Positions 48,123 to 58,361 of a stretch of 64,000 nucleotides of DNA are shown in pieces; position 1 is the stretch's first letter, and the number at the start of each line of letters is the position of its first letter. A program made the translations under genes and the position numbers. The stretch is from a virus. Lineage: Duplodnaviria > Caudoviricetes. The stretch is taken from positions 96,001 to 160,000 of the IMG/VR virus record IMGVR_UViG_2974736276_000001. One strand, given 5' to 3'. A model generated the notes under the pieces. That model did no database searches. It was not told the DNA's origin and was given only the letters and a program-made list of their open reading frames with translations.

Positions 48123-49277
48123 TTATTCTTGGACTTCTACAACTTCTTTCTTGTACTCTTCAGGCACGTACACCTTGTAGTTGCGCATGAACACGTCTGC
48201 AAGATTATCTACTAGCGCGATAGAGTCAATGCCAGTAGCATAGGCTTTCATCAGAACACTGAACAAGAAAGGTGTTTTGCTCAAAGCTTGTTGACCATTA
48301 ACTGCGTATGTCTTACGATCTTTACCTTTAAGTTCATTGTAAAGAGTGTTCAGACGCTCAATTGAAGTACGAAGATAATCGAGATAAACACTTTCAAATG
48401 CTTGAATTTTGGCCAATGCCCATGTATCTTCTGCGAACAGAGAACGTAGATCATCAGAAGCACCAGTCACCACAGCCTCAAATAATGCTTCATTCTTAGT
48501 GATGGAATCTTTAGTACGATGCAGAGCAACATACCAATCAGTCTTCAACTTGAACTTCAGACCATCTTCCATTACAAAGACATAACCTTCGATACCTTCA
48601 GTAGCACGAATATTCTCTACTGCCACTTCAGAATCCAGATTGTCATAAATCTTAACAAGATAAGGACGAAGTGCTGCATCTGCAAAAATATCGTTATAAG
48701 ACACATACTCACCCGTATCGTTATGACGAATATTCAAGAGAATCAGAGCTTTCTTCTCGTATGGAAGAACAATTCGGTTATCTGGAGCAACGTATTCGAA
48801 GTTCAGAGTATAACCAGCTTTAGCTAATTCAAGAGCACGAGCTTGAAGAGCAGCATGATCAATATCATTCAAGATTCCATTAGCTGCCAATGCTTGCTCA
48901 GAAGAAACAGAAGTCTTGGACTTCATGAACAGAACATCTTGATCAACAAAGGTAGACACTAAAGAACCGTCTGCTTTATCCATACCATAAGCTACTTTAG
49001 ACAAGTCTAAATTCATGGTGAATGGAGTCTCATTCAGATTGAAGAATTTTTCCATCGGACGAGACATGATTCGTACTGCATTACCGTCTTGGTCTACTTC
49101 AAATAAAATACCGCGGCACTCTAATGCACCTTCTTGAAGCCAGTCGCTATAAGAAGCATAGTTATAAGAAAACACTCGAGCCTTAGTACCCATCAAAGTA
49201 GTAAAGTCACGATAAAAGAATTTGCTCTGATCGTTAGGATTTACGAGAGCCATTAATTGTGCAAATAATTCGTTCAT
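48123..49277 (-). CDS. rnlA: RNA ligase 1 / tail fibre attachment catalyst
   Basis: ALECRG, RPMEKFFNLNE, KADGSL, EGYV, FKLKTDWY. Confidence 0.96.
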   Translation of the reverse strand: MNELFAQLMALVNPNDQSKFFYRDFTTLMGTKARVFSYNYASYSDWLQEGALECRGILFEVDQDGNAVRIMSRPMEKFFNLNETPFTMNLDLSKVAYGMDKADGSLVSTFVDQDVLFMKSKTSVSSEQALAANGILNDIDHAALQARALELAKAGYTLNFEYVAPDNRIVLPYEKKALILLNIRHNDTGEYVSYNDIFADAALRPYLVKIYDNLDSEVAVENIRATEGIEGYVFVMEDGLKFKLKTDWYVALHRTKDSITKNEALFEAVVTGASDDLRSLFAEDTWALAKIQAFESVYLDYLRTSIERLNTLYNELKGKDRKTYAVNGQQALSKTPFLFSVLMKAYATGIDSIALVDNLADVFMRNYKVYVPEEYKKEVVEVQE

Positions 49278-49501
49278 TATGCATCCTCTAATAATTTCAC
49301 AGCTTGATTAATGAGCTCTTGCAACTTAAATAGCTCTTCTTTTTCTAGCAAAATACAGTTTTCTCCTGACTCAATACCAGCACATAATCCAGACCGGGTA
49401 ACCCAAACCTCAGTTGTTTTATTATATCGAGTTGGAAACGAATATGTGTATGTTCCAAATGATGGGTCAATTTCTGGGTCAGGAATCAATTTAATTTCCA
49501 T
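49277..49501 (-). CDS. Hypothetical protein
   Basis: 74 aa; GAGG SD; coupled. Confidence 0.65.
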   Translation of the reverse strand: MEIKLIPDPEIDPSFGTYTYSFPTRYNKTTEVWVTRSGLCAGIESGENCILLEKEELFKLQELINQAVKLLEDA

Positions 49502-49710
49502 TAAAACCTCATTACTTCAAGAGCACGTGTAATAGTAGCAATTAACTGAATCGCTTCATCTTTGTTAAGAGCAATGATATCAGGATCGTCACCATCATTA
49601 CAAGGCTGCTCAATCCACAGCATTTCAGGAACGGCTTCAATATTAGTATGTCCAAATTTCTCACTGCTAATGTTTTCGTTAAAGATTACTCGGGTCACTT
49701 GATAACTCAT
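49501..49710 (-). CDS. Hypothetical protein
   Basis: 69 aa; coupled to denA stop. Confidence 0.65.
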   Translation of the reverse strand: MSYQVTRVIFNENISSEKFGHTNIEAVPEMLWIEQPCNDGDDPDIIALNKDEAIQLIATITRALEVMRF

Positions 49711-50123
49711 TTCTTTTTCTCACGATAGTGTGTATTCCAAGGAGGATTGAACATCTTGATAAACATCGGCTCTTCAAGATCCATTGTCGGTACAGAGATA
49801 GTTCCTAACTCGTTGGTCATTGATAAATTAAAACACTGCCGGGCCCAGAAAGTAACTTTCTTTCCTTCATACAGTGCGTCGTGTATTCTTATAGATTTTG
49901 CTGAATCTGAAGTCTGGTCTTTACGATTGATAGACGTTCGATAGTAATTAATTCGCTTGCGCAAATTTTTAGTCTTACCGATGTACATCAACTTATCGTC
50001 TACTGCAATAGCGTAAACAACATTCTTCTTGTTAGGTACAGATACTAAATCTATATCTCCATTAGCATTTAACTCAAGAGTTGCATACTTGATAAATGAA
50101 TATTCTTCTGAGAACTCTTTCAT
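49707..50123 (-). CDS. denA: Endonuclease II (GIY-YIG)
   Basis: NVVYAI...YIGKTKNLRKRINYYR, FNPPWN. Confidence 0.95.
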   Translation of the reverse strand: MKEFSEEYSFIKYATLELNANGDIDLVSVPNKKNVVYAIAVDDKLMYIGKTKNLRKRINYYRTSINRKDQTSDSAKSIRIHDALYEGKKVTFWARQCFNLSMTNELGTISVPTMDLEEPMFIKMFNPPWNTHYREKKK

Positions 50124-50126
50124 ATG

Positions 50127-50146
50127 AAATAGGGGCCGAAGCCCCT
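50127..50146 (-). terminator. UUCG hairpin after nrdB
   Basis: AGGGGC-TTCG-GCCCCT ATTT (weak U-tract). Confidence 0.55.
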
Positions 50147-50150
50147 TCCT

Positions 50151-51293
50151 TTAAAAATACTTTCTGAATGATAAATGAATATCTTGATCGATATCATGGT
50201 CGATCTGAGAAATCAAGTAAGAGCTGATCTCAACTTCTTGCGGAGCAACCTGAACCATTTCACTGTTCAAGAATTTACGCATGAATGGAAGTGGATGCTT
50301 CAAGGATTGACCTTTGAAAGGAGAATCCAGACCAGCTGATTGCATACGTGAATGAGTCAAATAGTCTACATAAGCATACATGTTTTTAGTATTTAAACCG
50401 CGAGGTTCACCAAGACTGAACAGATCATCAACCCATTCTTTTTCTTGTGCTGCAACATCGAGGAAAATCTGATTAGCTTCTTCTTGCAACTCTTGTGCAA
50501 TCTTCTGCCACAGTTCACCTTCACCGCCATTTTGAATTTGGCGGATAATGTACTGAGTACCTTTAAGGTGCAGCTGTTCATCACGAGCAATCAGCTTCAT
50601 GATTTTAACATTGCCTTCCATAATTCCATAAGACTCAAGGAAGTTAAAGGTACAAGCAAATGATACATAGAAGCGAATAGCTTCCAAAGCATTAACTACA
50701 TGCATACACAGATAAAGCTTGCGCATTGCATCTTCTAAATGACCGTCTACATCTACATTAAAACGACCAGATTTGAAATGCTCTTTAGCGTTCTGATATT
50801 CACGAACTGAATCAATCAGATTATCATAATAATCAGAAATACTTGTAGCACGTTTCATGATTGCTGGGTTCAGAACAATATCATCAAATTCTTTACTCGG
50901 GTCATCATACAGATTACGCATGATATGAGTATAACTGCGAGAGTGAATTGTTTCAGAGAAAGTCCAAGTCTGAATCCAAGTTTCAAGTGAAACATCAGAA
51001 CAAATTGCGCTGAATGCCAGACCAGGTGCACGACCTTGAATAGAATCAAGCAAACTTTGATATTTTAGGTTATTGGTAAATAGACGCTGTTCAAATGGCT
51101 GAAGCTTATCATACTGTGCACGATCAGCAGTAACGTTTACTTCTTCAGGACGCCAGAAGAATGAGAGTTGTTTTTCAGTTAGGTCTTCAAAGATTTTGTG
51201 TTTGTACACATCGAAGCGGGCAGTTCCGGTATCTTCGCCGAAGAACATTGGTTGAGCAGTAATATCAATTACGTTTTGGTTAAATACAGACAT
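50151..51293 (-). CDS. nrdB: Aerobic ribonucleotide reductase beta subunit (no intron)
   Basis: FFWRPEE, DSIQGR, ETIHSRSY, ARDEQLH, VAPQE. Confidence 0.97.
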   Translation of the reverse strand: MSVFNQNVIDITAQPMFFGEDTGTARFDVYKHKIFEDLTEKQLSFFWRPEEVNVTADRAQYDKLQPFEQRLFTNNLKYQSLLDSIQGRAPGLAFSAICSDVSLETWIQTWTFSETIHSRSYTHIMRNLYDDPSKEFDDIVLNPAIMKRATSISDYYDNLIDSVREYQNAKEHFKSGRFNVDVDGHLEDAMRKLYLCMHVVNALEAIRFYVSFACTFNFLESYGIMEGNVKIMKLIARDEQLHLKGTQYIIRQIQNGGEGELWQKIAQELQEEANQIFLDVAAQEKEWVDDLFSLGEPRGLNTKNMYAYVDYLTHSRMQSAGLDSPFKGQSLKHPLPFMRKFLNSEMVQVAPQEVEISSYLISQIDHDIDQDIHLSFRKYF

Positions 51294-51301
51294 TTTAATT
51301 C

Positions 51302-52027
51302 CTATTTTAATCTTCCGGGTTTCCAGCCTTCAGGAATTTCAGAAGATTTTAAGATTAGTTTAGAAGTGGTTGTATTATTAACCCACATTTTTCCGGCATT
51401 ATTATTTTTGACGTTTCGTTTTTCTATTGAACTAAAAACAAAATCATCCTTCCAAGACCATCTAAATTTATATGCATATTGGAATTTTCCGTCTGCACAA
51501 TATTTTATATTTGATGCAGAGCCTTTAACTTCTTTAGCCGCTTCACTTATAGAGCTAAAAGATTTTATATAAGTTCCATCTAATGCATACATATGAATAG
51601 CTATGCATATCTTTTCTAAAGACTTTTTAGTTGAAGCAGAAATTCGAGCTTTGACATCTTCGCTATGAGGATTTTTACGACCAATCATAGGATGAGGATT
51701 GTCTTTCCAATAATTTTTAAAAAATTCTGAATTAGCCTTAGAAAACATTTTACGATGGTAAGAATAAAGCCTATTGTTTACTCTATTGCCAGATTTATCA
51801 GTAGACATATACATTAAAGCAGATGCTAATTTAAAGTTTACTGGATAAATTTTACATAATAAAGCATGGGCTACAAAATGTTCTCTAGCAGTAAAAGCTA
51901 CTAAATTAGATTCATCATCGTTACCACCTAAACATCTTGGAACTATATGATGAATCTCTTTATAGCCTTCTGGTGGAAGGCACTTACGCTTTTCCACCAG
52001 AGAATCATAAATTTTACTATAATTCAT
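51302..52027 (-). mobile_element. mobE: Free-standing HNH homing endonuclease (MobE-like)
   Basis: EIHHIVPRCLGG.D..SNLV..TAREHFVAH; NUMOD-like C-terminal modules (GRKNPHSEDVKARIS; FSSISEAAKEV); lies between nrdA and nrdB; AT-rich. Confidence 0.85.
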
Positions 52028-54273
52028 TAAAGCTTACAGCTTTCACAATCAGAATCAGATTCTTCGACACCGTCGGCGCCATCTCTGGTGTTATGATAGT
52101 ACATTGTTTTCATGCCAAAATACCATGCATACAATATATCGTCCATAATGACACTTATTGGTACTTTACCCTTTGGATGATTTTCTGGGTCATAATACGT
52201 ATTTGCTGAAGCAGCTTGGTCTGTGAACTTCAGAGCTAAAAGAATGTTATTCAGATAGCCTTTGTTACCAGTCTTAGCTAATTGCCATGCATAATCGTAC
52301 AGATCACCATTTTGTTCAATATCAGGAACTACCTGATTGAAAGTTCCTTCTTTCGACTCTTTTGCAGTAACTGCGAGACGAGGTGGTTCCATACCGTTAG
52401 TCGAATTTGAAACTTGAGAAGAACTTTCGCAAGGCATAAGGGCAGATAACGTGGAATTACGAATTCCGTACTGGATGAGATCTGCTCGGAGAGCTTCCCA
52501 GTCGCAGGTGTATCTTGGTTCTGCGAGTTGATCAAGACGTTTGTTGTACCAGTCAATCGGGAGTTTGCCCTGACCATACTTAGTGTCTTTATAATATTCG
52601 CACGGACCTTTTTCTTTGGCAAGTTTAACCGACGCTTTGATAAGTGCATATTGTAATTTCTCGAATGTTTCATGAGCAATGTCATTGGAGTCATTATAAC
52701 TCGCGAATTGTGAAGCAAGGAAAGCTGCGTAATTAGTTACACCGACACCAAGAGCACGACGTTTCTTAGCTTTCAAAGCTTTAGCTACTGGATAATCTTG
52801 ATAGTCCAGAAGGTTGTCCAGAGCCCTTACCTGCACTTCTGCGAGTTCTTCAATTAGATCCATATCTTGGATGTCAAAGTTCCCCAGAACCCATGCAGAG
52901 AGTGTACACAACGCAATCTCACCGTCTTCTTTACCAACATCTGAAGTAGGAAGAGCAATTTCCATGCACAGATTGCTTTGCTTAATAGGTGCTACACTAC
53001 GATCAAATGAACCATAATCATTCATGTTGTCGATAAATGCTGGATAAATTCGTCCGGTGTTAGCACGTTCTGGAGCAAACAACTCTTCAAATACTGTACG
53101 AGCTTTAATACGCTTTTTATTCACCGACGGATCTTTTTCAGCTTTCTCATAGAGTTCGCGGAATAAATCAGGATCGCGGAAATAAGCATCGTACAATGCA
53201 CCAGCATAAATGTTAGGACTGAACAGTGTGATGTAATCGTCTTTTGAATAACGTTCAAGCATCAAGTTATTAATCTGCAGACCATAATCAAGACCACGAA
53301 TACGGTTCTCTTCTACACCTTTGTTATTCTTGAGAACAATAAGCTGTTCTAATTCAAGATGCCACAGAGGATAATAAAGAGTAGCAGCACCACCACGAAC
53401 ACCACCTTGTGAACAACTTTTAACAGAAGCTAAAATAGTTTTAAAGAATGGAATTACACCAGTGTGACGAACTTCACCATGACCAATTTTTGAACCCATA
53501 GCGCGAATCATACCTGCATTAACGCCGATACCAGCACGCTTAGAGATATACTTAATGATTGAAGCATTTGTTTCATTGATTGAATCTAATGAATCACCTG
53601 ATTCAATAACAACACATGAACTAAATTGACGAGTTGGTGTACGAACACCTGCCATAATAGGTGTAGGCAAACTGATTTGCTTATTTGACACTGCATTATA
53701 GAAACGTACTACATGCTTCAGACGATTATGAGGTTCATCTTGATGCAGACACATTCCGATCAGCATATACGCAAATTGAGGAGTTTCTTTTACTTCTTTG
53801 GTTGAACGATCTTGAACCAGATATTTTTCTTTGAGCTGCATTGTTCCAGCAAAAGAGAAACTGAAATCACGATTGTGGTCAATCATCGATTCGAGGTAAG
53901 TAATTTCTTCTGCACTATATTTCTGCAAGATTTCTTTGTCATAGAAACCTGAATTAACATTCTTCGAAATATGATCAATAAATGCAATTGGCTCAAACTG
54001 ACCATATACTGTTTTACGAAGTGCAAATTGAGCCAGATTAGAAGCTACATATTGATAGTCTGGTTCATCTCGAGAAATCATACCTGCTGCTACTTTAATA
54101 GCTACAGTCTGAATCTCGTTAGTAGTCATACCATCACGAATGTGAGGCATAACAGCTTCATATAATTCGTAAGGATCGATATTAGTATTTTCTGATGACC
54201 AAGTAAGAACTTGGATTAATTTTTCTGGTGTGAATTCTTGCGTAACGCCTGATGACTTGATTACATTGAGCAT
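52027..54273 (-). CDS. nrdA: Aerobic ribonucleotide reductase alpha subunit
   Basis: PTPIMAG, FSSC, SQGGVRGG, QSNLCMEI, C-terminal CESCKL. Confidence 0.97.
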   Translation of the reverse strand: MLNVIKSSGVTQEFTPEKLIQVLTWSSENTNIDPYELYEAVMPHIRDGMTTNEIQTVAIKVAAGMISRDEPDYQYVASNLAQFALRKTVYGQFEPIAFIDHISKNVNSGFYDKEILQKYSAEEITYLESMIDHNRDFSFSFAGTMQLKEKYLVQDRSTKEVKETPQFAYMLIGMCLHQDEPHNRLKHVVRFYNAVSNKQISLPTPIMAGVRTPTRQFSSCVVIESGDSLDSINETNASIIKYISKRAGIGVNAGMIRAMGSKIGHGEVRHTGVIPFFKTILASVKSCSQGGVRGGAATLYYPLWHLELEQLIVLKNNKGVEENRIRGLDYGLQINNLMLERYSKDDYITLFSPNIYAGALYDAYFRDPDLFRELYEKAEKDPSVNKKRIKARTVFEELFAPERANTGRIYPAFIDNMNDYGSFDRSVAPIKQSNLCMEIALPTSDVGKEDGEIALCTLSAWVLGNFDIQDMDLIEELAEVQVRALDNLLDYQDYPVAKALKAKKRRALGVGVTNYAAFLASQFASYNDSNDIAHETFEKLQYALIKASVKLAKEKGPCEYYKDTKYGQGKLPIDWYNKRLDQLAEPRYTCDWEALRADLIQYGIRNSTLSALMPCESSSQVSNSTNGMEPPRLAVTAKESKEGTFNQVVPDIEQNGDLYDYAWQLAKTGNKGYLNNILLALKFTDQAASANTYYDPENHPKGKVPISVIMDDILYAWYFGMKTMYYHNTRDGADGVEESDSDCESCKL

Positions 54274-54581
54274 ATATCTTCTATTGTCCTAATATCTTTA
54301 AATAACCTGTTAACTACAGTTGCAATTATATCACCGTGACAGTCCTTTGGTTTACAAGTGCAACCTAACCTCATGCCTCTTAAAGACTCGAGGTGTTCTC
54401 GTTTAATTTCTCCAGATTTGATTCTTTTAATAAAGTCTTCTTTAAAAGCTAAAATGGCAGCCTCACGGCTGCCGCAATCTTTTCCGACGTAGTTGCCCCA
54501 CATGGTACCACGTTGAATGTTTACATCAAAGTCGGATTGATATTTATTCACCACTCGACAAGGTCTTGTCACTTCAAACAT
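54261..54581 (-). CDS. nrdA.1: NrdA.1 (DUF4326-like)
   Basis: CRVVN...DV.I.RGT.WGN, LRG.RLGC.CKP..CHGD. Confidence 0.85.
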   Translation of the reverse strand: MFEVTRPCRVVNKYQSDFDVNIQRGTMWGNYVGKDCGSREAAILAFKEDFIKRIKSGEIKREHLESLRGMRLGCTCKPKDCHGDIIATVVNRLFKDIRTIEDICSM

Positions 54582-54987
54582 ATTCTACCCAAGAAGTCCA
54601 ATTACAATCGTCTTTAAGTGTACGATGCCATATACGACCATCTATTTCATATGTCTGTCCTTTCCCATCTGGACTAAATTTAAAGCCTTTAAGGAATTCA
54701 GTGTGAGCGGGTTCAGAATGTTTTTCAATTTCTAAACTCAGCTCATTTAAGAGTTTTCTGCCTTCTGCAGAAATCTTTTCTTTGTCGAATAGAAGAATCT
54801 CATGACAATGAATGATATAATCTATTTCATCTGACATAAATTTATAAACTTTTTTACGCTGCTCAACATTACTCACTACGTAATCTTTACCCTGAACTTT
54901 AAATCTATGATTTACTTCAGGCGGCGGTGTTCGTCCGCCAGAATAACGAATTACTCTATCAGTATTTGCATCAATGTAAATATTCAT
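54574..54987 (-). CDS. Hypothetical protein
   Basis: 137 aa; ATGA coupling to td. Confidence 0.65.
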   Translation of the reverse strand: MNIYIDANTDRVIRYSGGRTPPPEVNHRFKVQGKDYVVSNVEQRKKVYKFMSDEIDYIIHCHEILLFDKEKISAEGRKLLNELSLEIEKHSEPAHTEFLKGFKFSPDGKGQTYEIDGRIWHRTLKDDCNWTSWVEYV

Positions 54988-55841
54988 ACGGCCATTTTTC
55001 CTGTAAGCGCTGGATGAGACTCATAGTCTTTCAGTACAAAGTCTTTAGGACGCATTGATTCAATCCAGTCAAGTTGAAGTTGAGTTGGCCACAAATCAAA
55101 ATCTTCCGGCCATTCAATTTCAAGACTGCATAACTCTTTTGGTTCACGACGAAGAATTTCTTTACACTGCTCAATATGATTTGAATAGATGTGAGTATTA
55201 CCACCAACAAAAATCAAATTACCAGGTTTCAGTCCAGTCATTTTAGCAACAACATGTACTAGAGCAGCATATGAAGCAATGTTGAAAGGTAGACCAAGGA
55301 ATACATCTACACTTCGCTGATACCATTGTAAATCAAGAAAACCTTTGCGAACATTGAACTGATAGAACATATGACACGGAGGAAGTGCCATCTTATCAAG
55401 TTCAGCAGGATTCCACGCGGAAACAATCTGACGACGATCAGTAGGCATTTGTTTAATTCGATCAATGATAATTTTCAATTGATCTACACCCATAAAGTCA
55501 CGCCATTGCTTACCGTACACTGGGCCAAGTTCACCGCCAGTATATCCTAAATCGCGTGCTTGATTCTCATAGTTATCGTCCCAAACAGTTTTGCCTTCGA
55601 GATAAGAGCCATGTTGAATGTTGCGCAATTCATGCACATTTGTTGAACCTGACATGAACCAAATCAATTCAGCGATGCATGCTTTCCATACGAGCTTCTT
55701 GGTTGTTACAGCAGGAAAACCTTCCTGCAAATCAAATTTCAAACGAGTACCGAAAATAGCAGTTGTGCCAGTTCCAGTACGATCGTCAGTTTCATAACCA
55801 GTAGAAAGAATAGCCTGGATCAGATGCTGGTATTGTTTCAT
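54984..55841 (-). CDS. td: Thymidylate synthase (no intron)
   Basis: DRTGTGT, GPVYGKQWR, MALPPCH, QRSVDVFLGLPFN uninterrupted. Confidence 0.97.
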   Translation of the reverse strand: MKQYQHLIQAILSTGYETDDRTGTGTTAIFGTRLKFDLQEGFPAVTTKKLVWKACIAELIWFMSGSTNVHELRNIQHGSYLEGKTVWDDNYENQARDLGYTGGELGPVYGKQWRDFMGVDQLKIIIDRIKQMPTDRRQIVSAWNPAELDKMALPPCHMFYQFNVRKGFLDLQWYQRSVDVFLGLPFNIASYAALVHVVAKMTGLKPGNLIFVGGNTHIYSNHIEQCKEILRREPKELCSLEIEWPEDFDLWPTQLQLDWIESMRPKDFVLKDYESHPALTGKMAV

Positions 55842-56152
55842 TAGAATTGTTCCGTCAATGGTTCGAATAAAACTACTTGTCCAACTTTAACAAATCGACC
55901 AAGCAAGCGAATACTCTTTCCGTCGAGTGCTAAATTTCCGATGAACATAGCTTTGAACAGTGCTTCAATACCATAACGAAGTTGAACATCGCCGTTTGCG
56001 CCCGCTACATTATTAATGTAAATAATGTCTGATCGACTGAACTCGTAAATTTCATTCACAGAGAAAACTAAAGAATATACACCATGAACTCGATTATAGT
56101 TCTTCCATTTCTTTTGAACATCATCCGCTTTGAGCAAAGTTAAATTAGACAA
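55841..56152 (-). CDS. Hypothetical protein
   Basis: 103 aa between frd and td. Confidence 0.65.
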   Translation of the reverse strand: MSNLTLLKADDVQKKWKNYNRVHGVYSLVFSVNEIYEFSRSDIIYINNVAGANGDVQLRYGIEALFKAMFIGNLALDGKSIRLLGRFVKVGQVVLFEPLTEQF

Positions 56153-56579
56153 TTTCTAATGCCTCATTATGAAGAGTATCGAGAGCAATCACTGAACCAT
56201 TCTTAACGAATACACCAGTAAATTCCCATGTTTTTGAGTCAGGATAAAATGCGATAGTTCCATTGCTGACAGAAGAATGCCAGATAGAATTGCTTGTAGC
56301 AATTTTCATTGACATATCTTTAATGCCTGGCGCCGGGCCATTTTTACCAGATTTAACCCAGCCCCACCAATCAGAAGAATTGATCAAATAAAAGTCATCA
56401 CCCCATGCACGACAAGCTTCCTTTGAAGCTGTAATACGATAGACGCCATTCTGAATGACATCGCCTTGATAACGAGATTTATCTTTCTTGTATTCTTCAA
56501 TTGTCGGAGGACGACTCAAGAATGGAGTCAATGCCCAGTTCGGTTGAGGTAAAGTTTTAATTAGCTCAAGGTTTAACAT
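56145..56579 (-). CDS. Hypothetical protein
   Basis: 144 aa between frd and td. Confidence 0.65.
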   Translation of the reverse strand: MLNLELIKTLPQPNWALTPFLSRPPTIEEYKKDKSRYQGDVIQNGVYRITASKEACRAWGDDFYLINSSDWWGWVKSGKNGPAPGIKDMSMKIATSNSIWHSSVSNGTIAFYPDSKTWEFTGVFVKNGSVIALDTLHNEALEIV

Positions 56580-57108
56580 AAACAGTTTCCATAATGTTAG
56601 TTAATTCATCAATTTTGTAGAAGTGAGTTTCAGTCATTTCATGATGACGTTGAATATTATGAATGAACTCTACAGGAAATTTCACAGTAGAAGAAACATA
56701 ATGTTTCTTCTGAATAGAAGTAATTATAATCTGATCGGCGATAGGAGCAAACTGTTGAATTAAACCAGCACCGCCAATAATAGAAATCTTTTCATGAGAA
56801 TTGCGCTGTAAGAATGATTCAACACGTTCTGGCATAACATAATGATCGGCTGGTTCACCATTCTTGGCATGAACGATTGGACGCTTGGAATCAGACAAGA
56901 CAACATGATGACGGCCTTGGAGCTTCTTCGGAAGGCTCTGGAACGTCTTTGCACCCATCAATAGAATAGTACTTTCAGTACGAGCCTTGAAGTTCTTGAA
57001 GTCCTGAGTGATATGTTTCCATGGCAGACCATCATTAAGACCAAACGCCATTTCTAATTCACCCTTTACATTACGGGTTTCACAATAAGCAAAAACTAAT
57101 TGAATCAC
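56566..57108 (-). CDS. frd: Dihydrofolate reductase
   Basis: FGLNDGLPW, LMGAKTFQSLP..L.GR, IIGG; GTG start overlapping upstream TGA. Confidence 0.92.
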   Translation of the reverse strand: MIQLVFAYCETRNVKGELEMAFGLNDGLPWKHITQDFKNFKARTESTILLMGAKTFQSLPKKLQGRHHVVLSDSKRPIVHAKNGEPADHYVMPERVESFLQRNSHEKISIIGGAGLIQQFAPIADQIIITSIQKKHYVSSTVKFPVEFIHNIQRHHEMTETHFYKIDELTNIMETVYVKP

Positions 57109-57353
57109 AGTTTGACACCCCAAATATTTTGTAGCACTTCATGAACGTATTTTGCAATCACGTACTTAATTTCATCACCATCGAGGGTAAATAAAGTTGC
57201 GCATATAATACCTTGACCATCACTAAAATGAGTGCCTGAATAGTCTATCGCTTCGCGAAGTTTCACTGCTACGTCAGTTAAATTTTCATCTGTCATGGAA
57301 CTCCATAGAGCATAACCATCATCAGTTTTATATTCAATAGTAACAATTTGCAT
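57105..57353 (-). CDS. Hypothetical protein
   Basis: 82 aa; AAGGAG SD. Confidence 0.7.
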   Translation of the reverse strand: MQIVTIEYKTDDGYALWSSMTDENLTDVAVKLREAIDYSGTHFSDGQGIICATLFTLDGDEIKYVIAKYVHEVLQNIWGVKL

Positions 57354-57371
57354 AGAATCTCCTTGACCCTA

Positions 57372-57716
57372 TTATAACACTTCGCTGTTTGAAGCATGTT
57401 TTAACACATGTTGAGCTTCTTCATCACGAATACGTTTCGCTAAAGACAGCCAATTATCAGGAGTATCAACAAGATAGCCTGAGGCATTTTTGCTACAAAA
57501 ATCAATTTTCTTTCCGGGAATATCAGAGTGAGTCAAACGACTAATTCCGATAGAAATACCATTATCATTAAAGAACTCAATCTCAATATACTCGCCGAAT
57601 GATTCATCAGCGCGAACAAGACGATTGATTGATTTAATTAGCGTCTTAATGTCTGACGCTGCAGTGAGTGTAGTTTCACCTTCATAATCCACACATTTAC
57701 TAAACACGTAAATCAT
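57372..57716 (-). CDS. Hypothetical protein
   Basis: 114 aa; GAGGTG SD. Confidence 0.7.
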   Translation of the reverse strand: MIYVFSKCVDYEGETTLTAASDIKTLIKSINRLVRADESFGEYIEIEFFNDNGISIGISRLTHSDIPGKKIDFCSKNASGYLVDTPDNWLSLAKRIRDEEAQHVLKHASNSEVL

Positions 57717-57877
57717 AATACTTTCACCTCAGTACCAAGTTCAACTACAAGCGCTTGAAGCTTAGCAATCAACTCTTTAGCTTGCTCACGATTACCAATG
57801 AAAATTTCATCGGCGTAATAGCCAAGATGACACATAATATCACCGGCTTCATCAACAAACAAATCATCAGGATTCAT
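57713..57877 (-). CDS. Hypothetical protein, 54 aa (not in ORF track)
   Basis: MNPDDLFVDEAGDIMCHLGYYADEIFIGNREQAKELIAKLQ...; ATGA overlaps at both ends. Confidence 0.6.
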   Translation of the reverse strand: MNPDDLFVDEAGDIMCHLGYYADEIFIGNREQAKELIAKLQALVVELGTEVKVL

Positions 57878-58128
57878 AGACCTTCAACCTCAATAGCGAT
57901 TTTGCATTTAAGAACTACACAACCTTTGAGTTGTTTATCTGCAGGACGAACTACACGGCCAGTAGGAAGAGACCAACCATGAATCCACTTTTCAGCATCA
58001 TCTTTATTAGGAGATGAAAATGCTTCTAAAACATCATCAGTGAATGTCCAACCGTGATTATCAGAGTAATCATACATTGCGAACAGTGCTTTTTCAGGAC
58101 TGTAGATTACAAAACCTTCTTCATACAT
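57874..58128 (-). CDS. Hypothetical protein
   Basis: 84 aa; GAGGTG SD. Confidence 0.65.
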   Translation of the reverse strand: MYEEGFVIYSPEKALFAMYDYSDNHGWTFTDDVLEAFSSPNKDDAEKWIHGWSLPTGRVVRPADKQLKGCVVLKCKIAIEVEGL

Positions 58129-58361
58129 TATTTCACCTCGATGTGAGTGACATCACTGGGAAAATAGAAATGATCTGAACGATCTTCACCAACATAGAAA
58201 CGATAGTTGTTACCCCAACCTTGTTCCCACCCAATGTTGCCAGTATGAACAGAACCAAATTTAGTTTTGAATACGAATGAGTCGTCATAAGAATCATTCG
58301 TATACAGTGATTCTGCGCCTGCTTCGTCGCCTGAGAATTCTTTCAGTTTAATCTCAATCAT
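58128..58361 (-). CDS. Hypothetical protein
   Basis: 77 aa; coupled. Confidence 0.65.
   Translation of the reverse strand: MIEIKLKEFSGDEAGAESLYTNDSYDDSFVFKTKFGSVHTGNIGWEQGWGNNYRFYVGEDRSDHFYFPSDVTHIEVK

Noticed and set aside
54984-55841. Possible group I introns in td or nrdB as in T4
   Set aside because: Both frames are continuous and of normal length; DVFLGLPFN is uninterrupted
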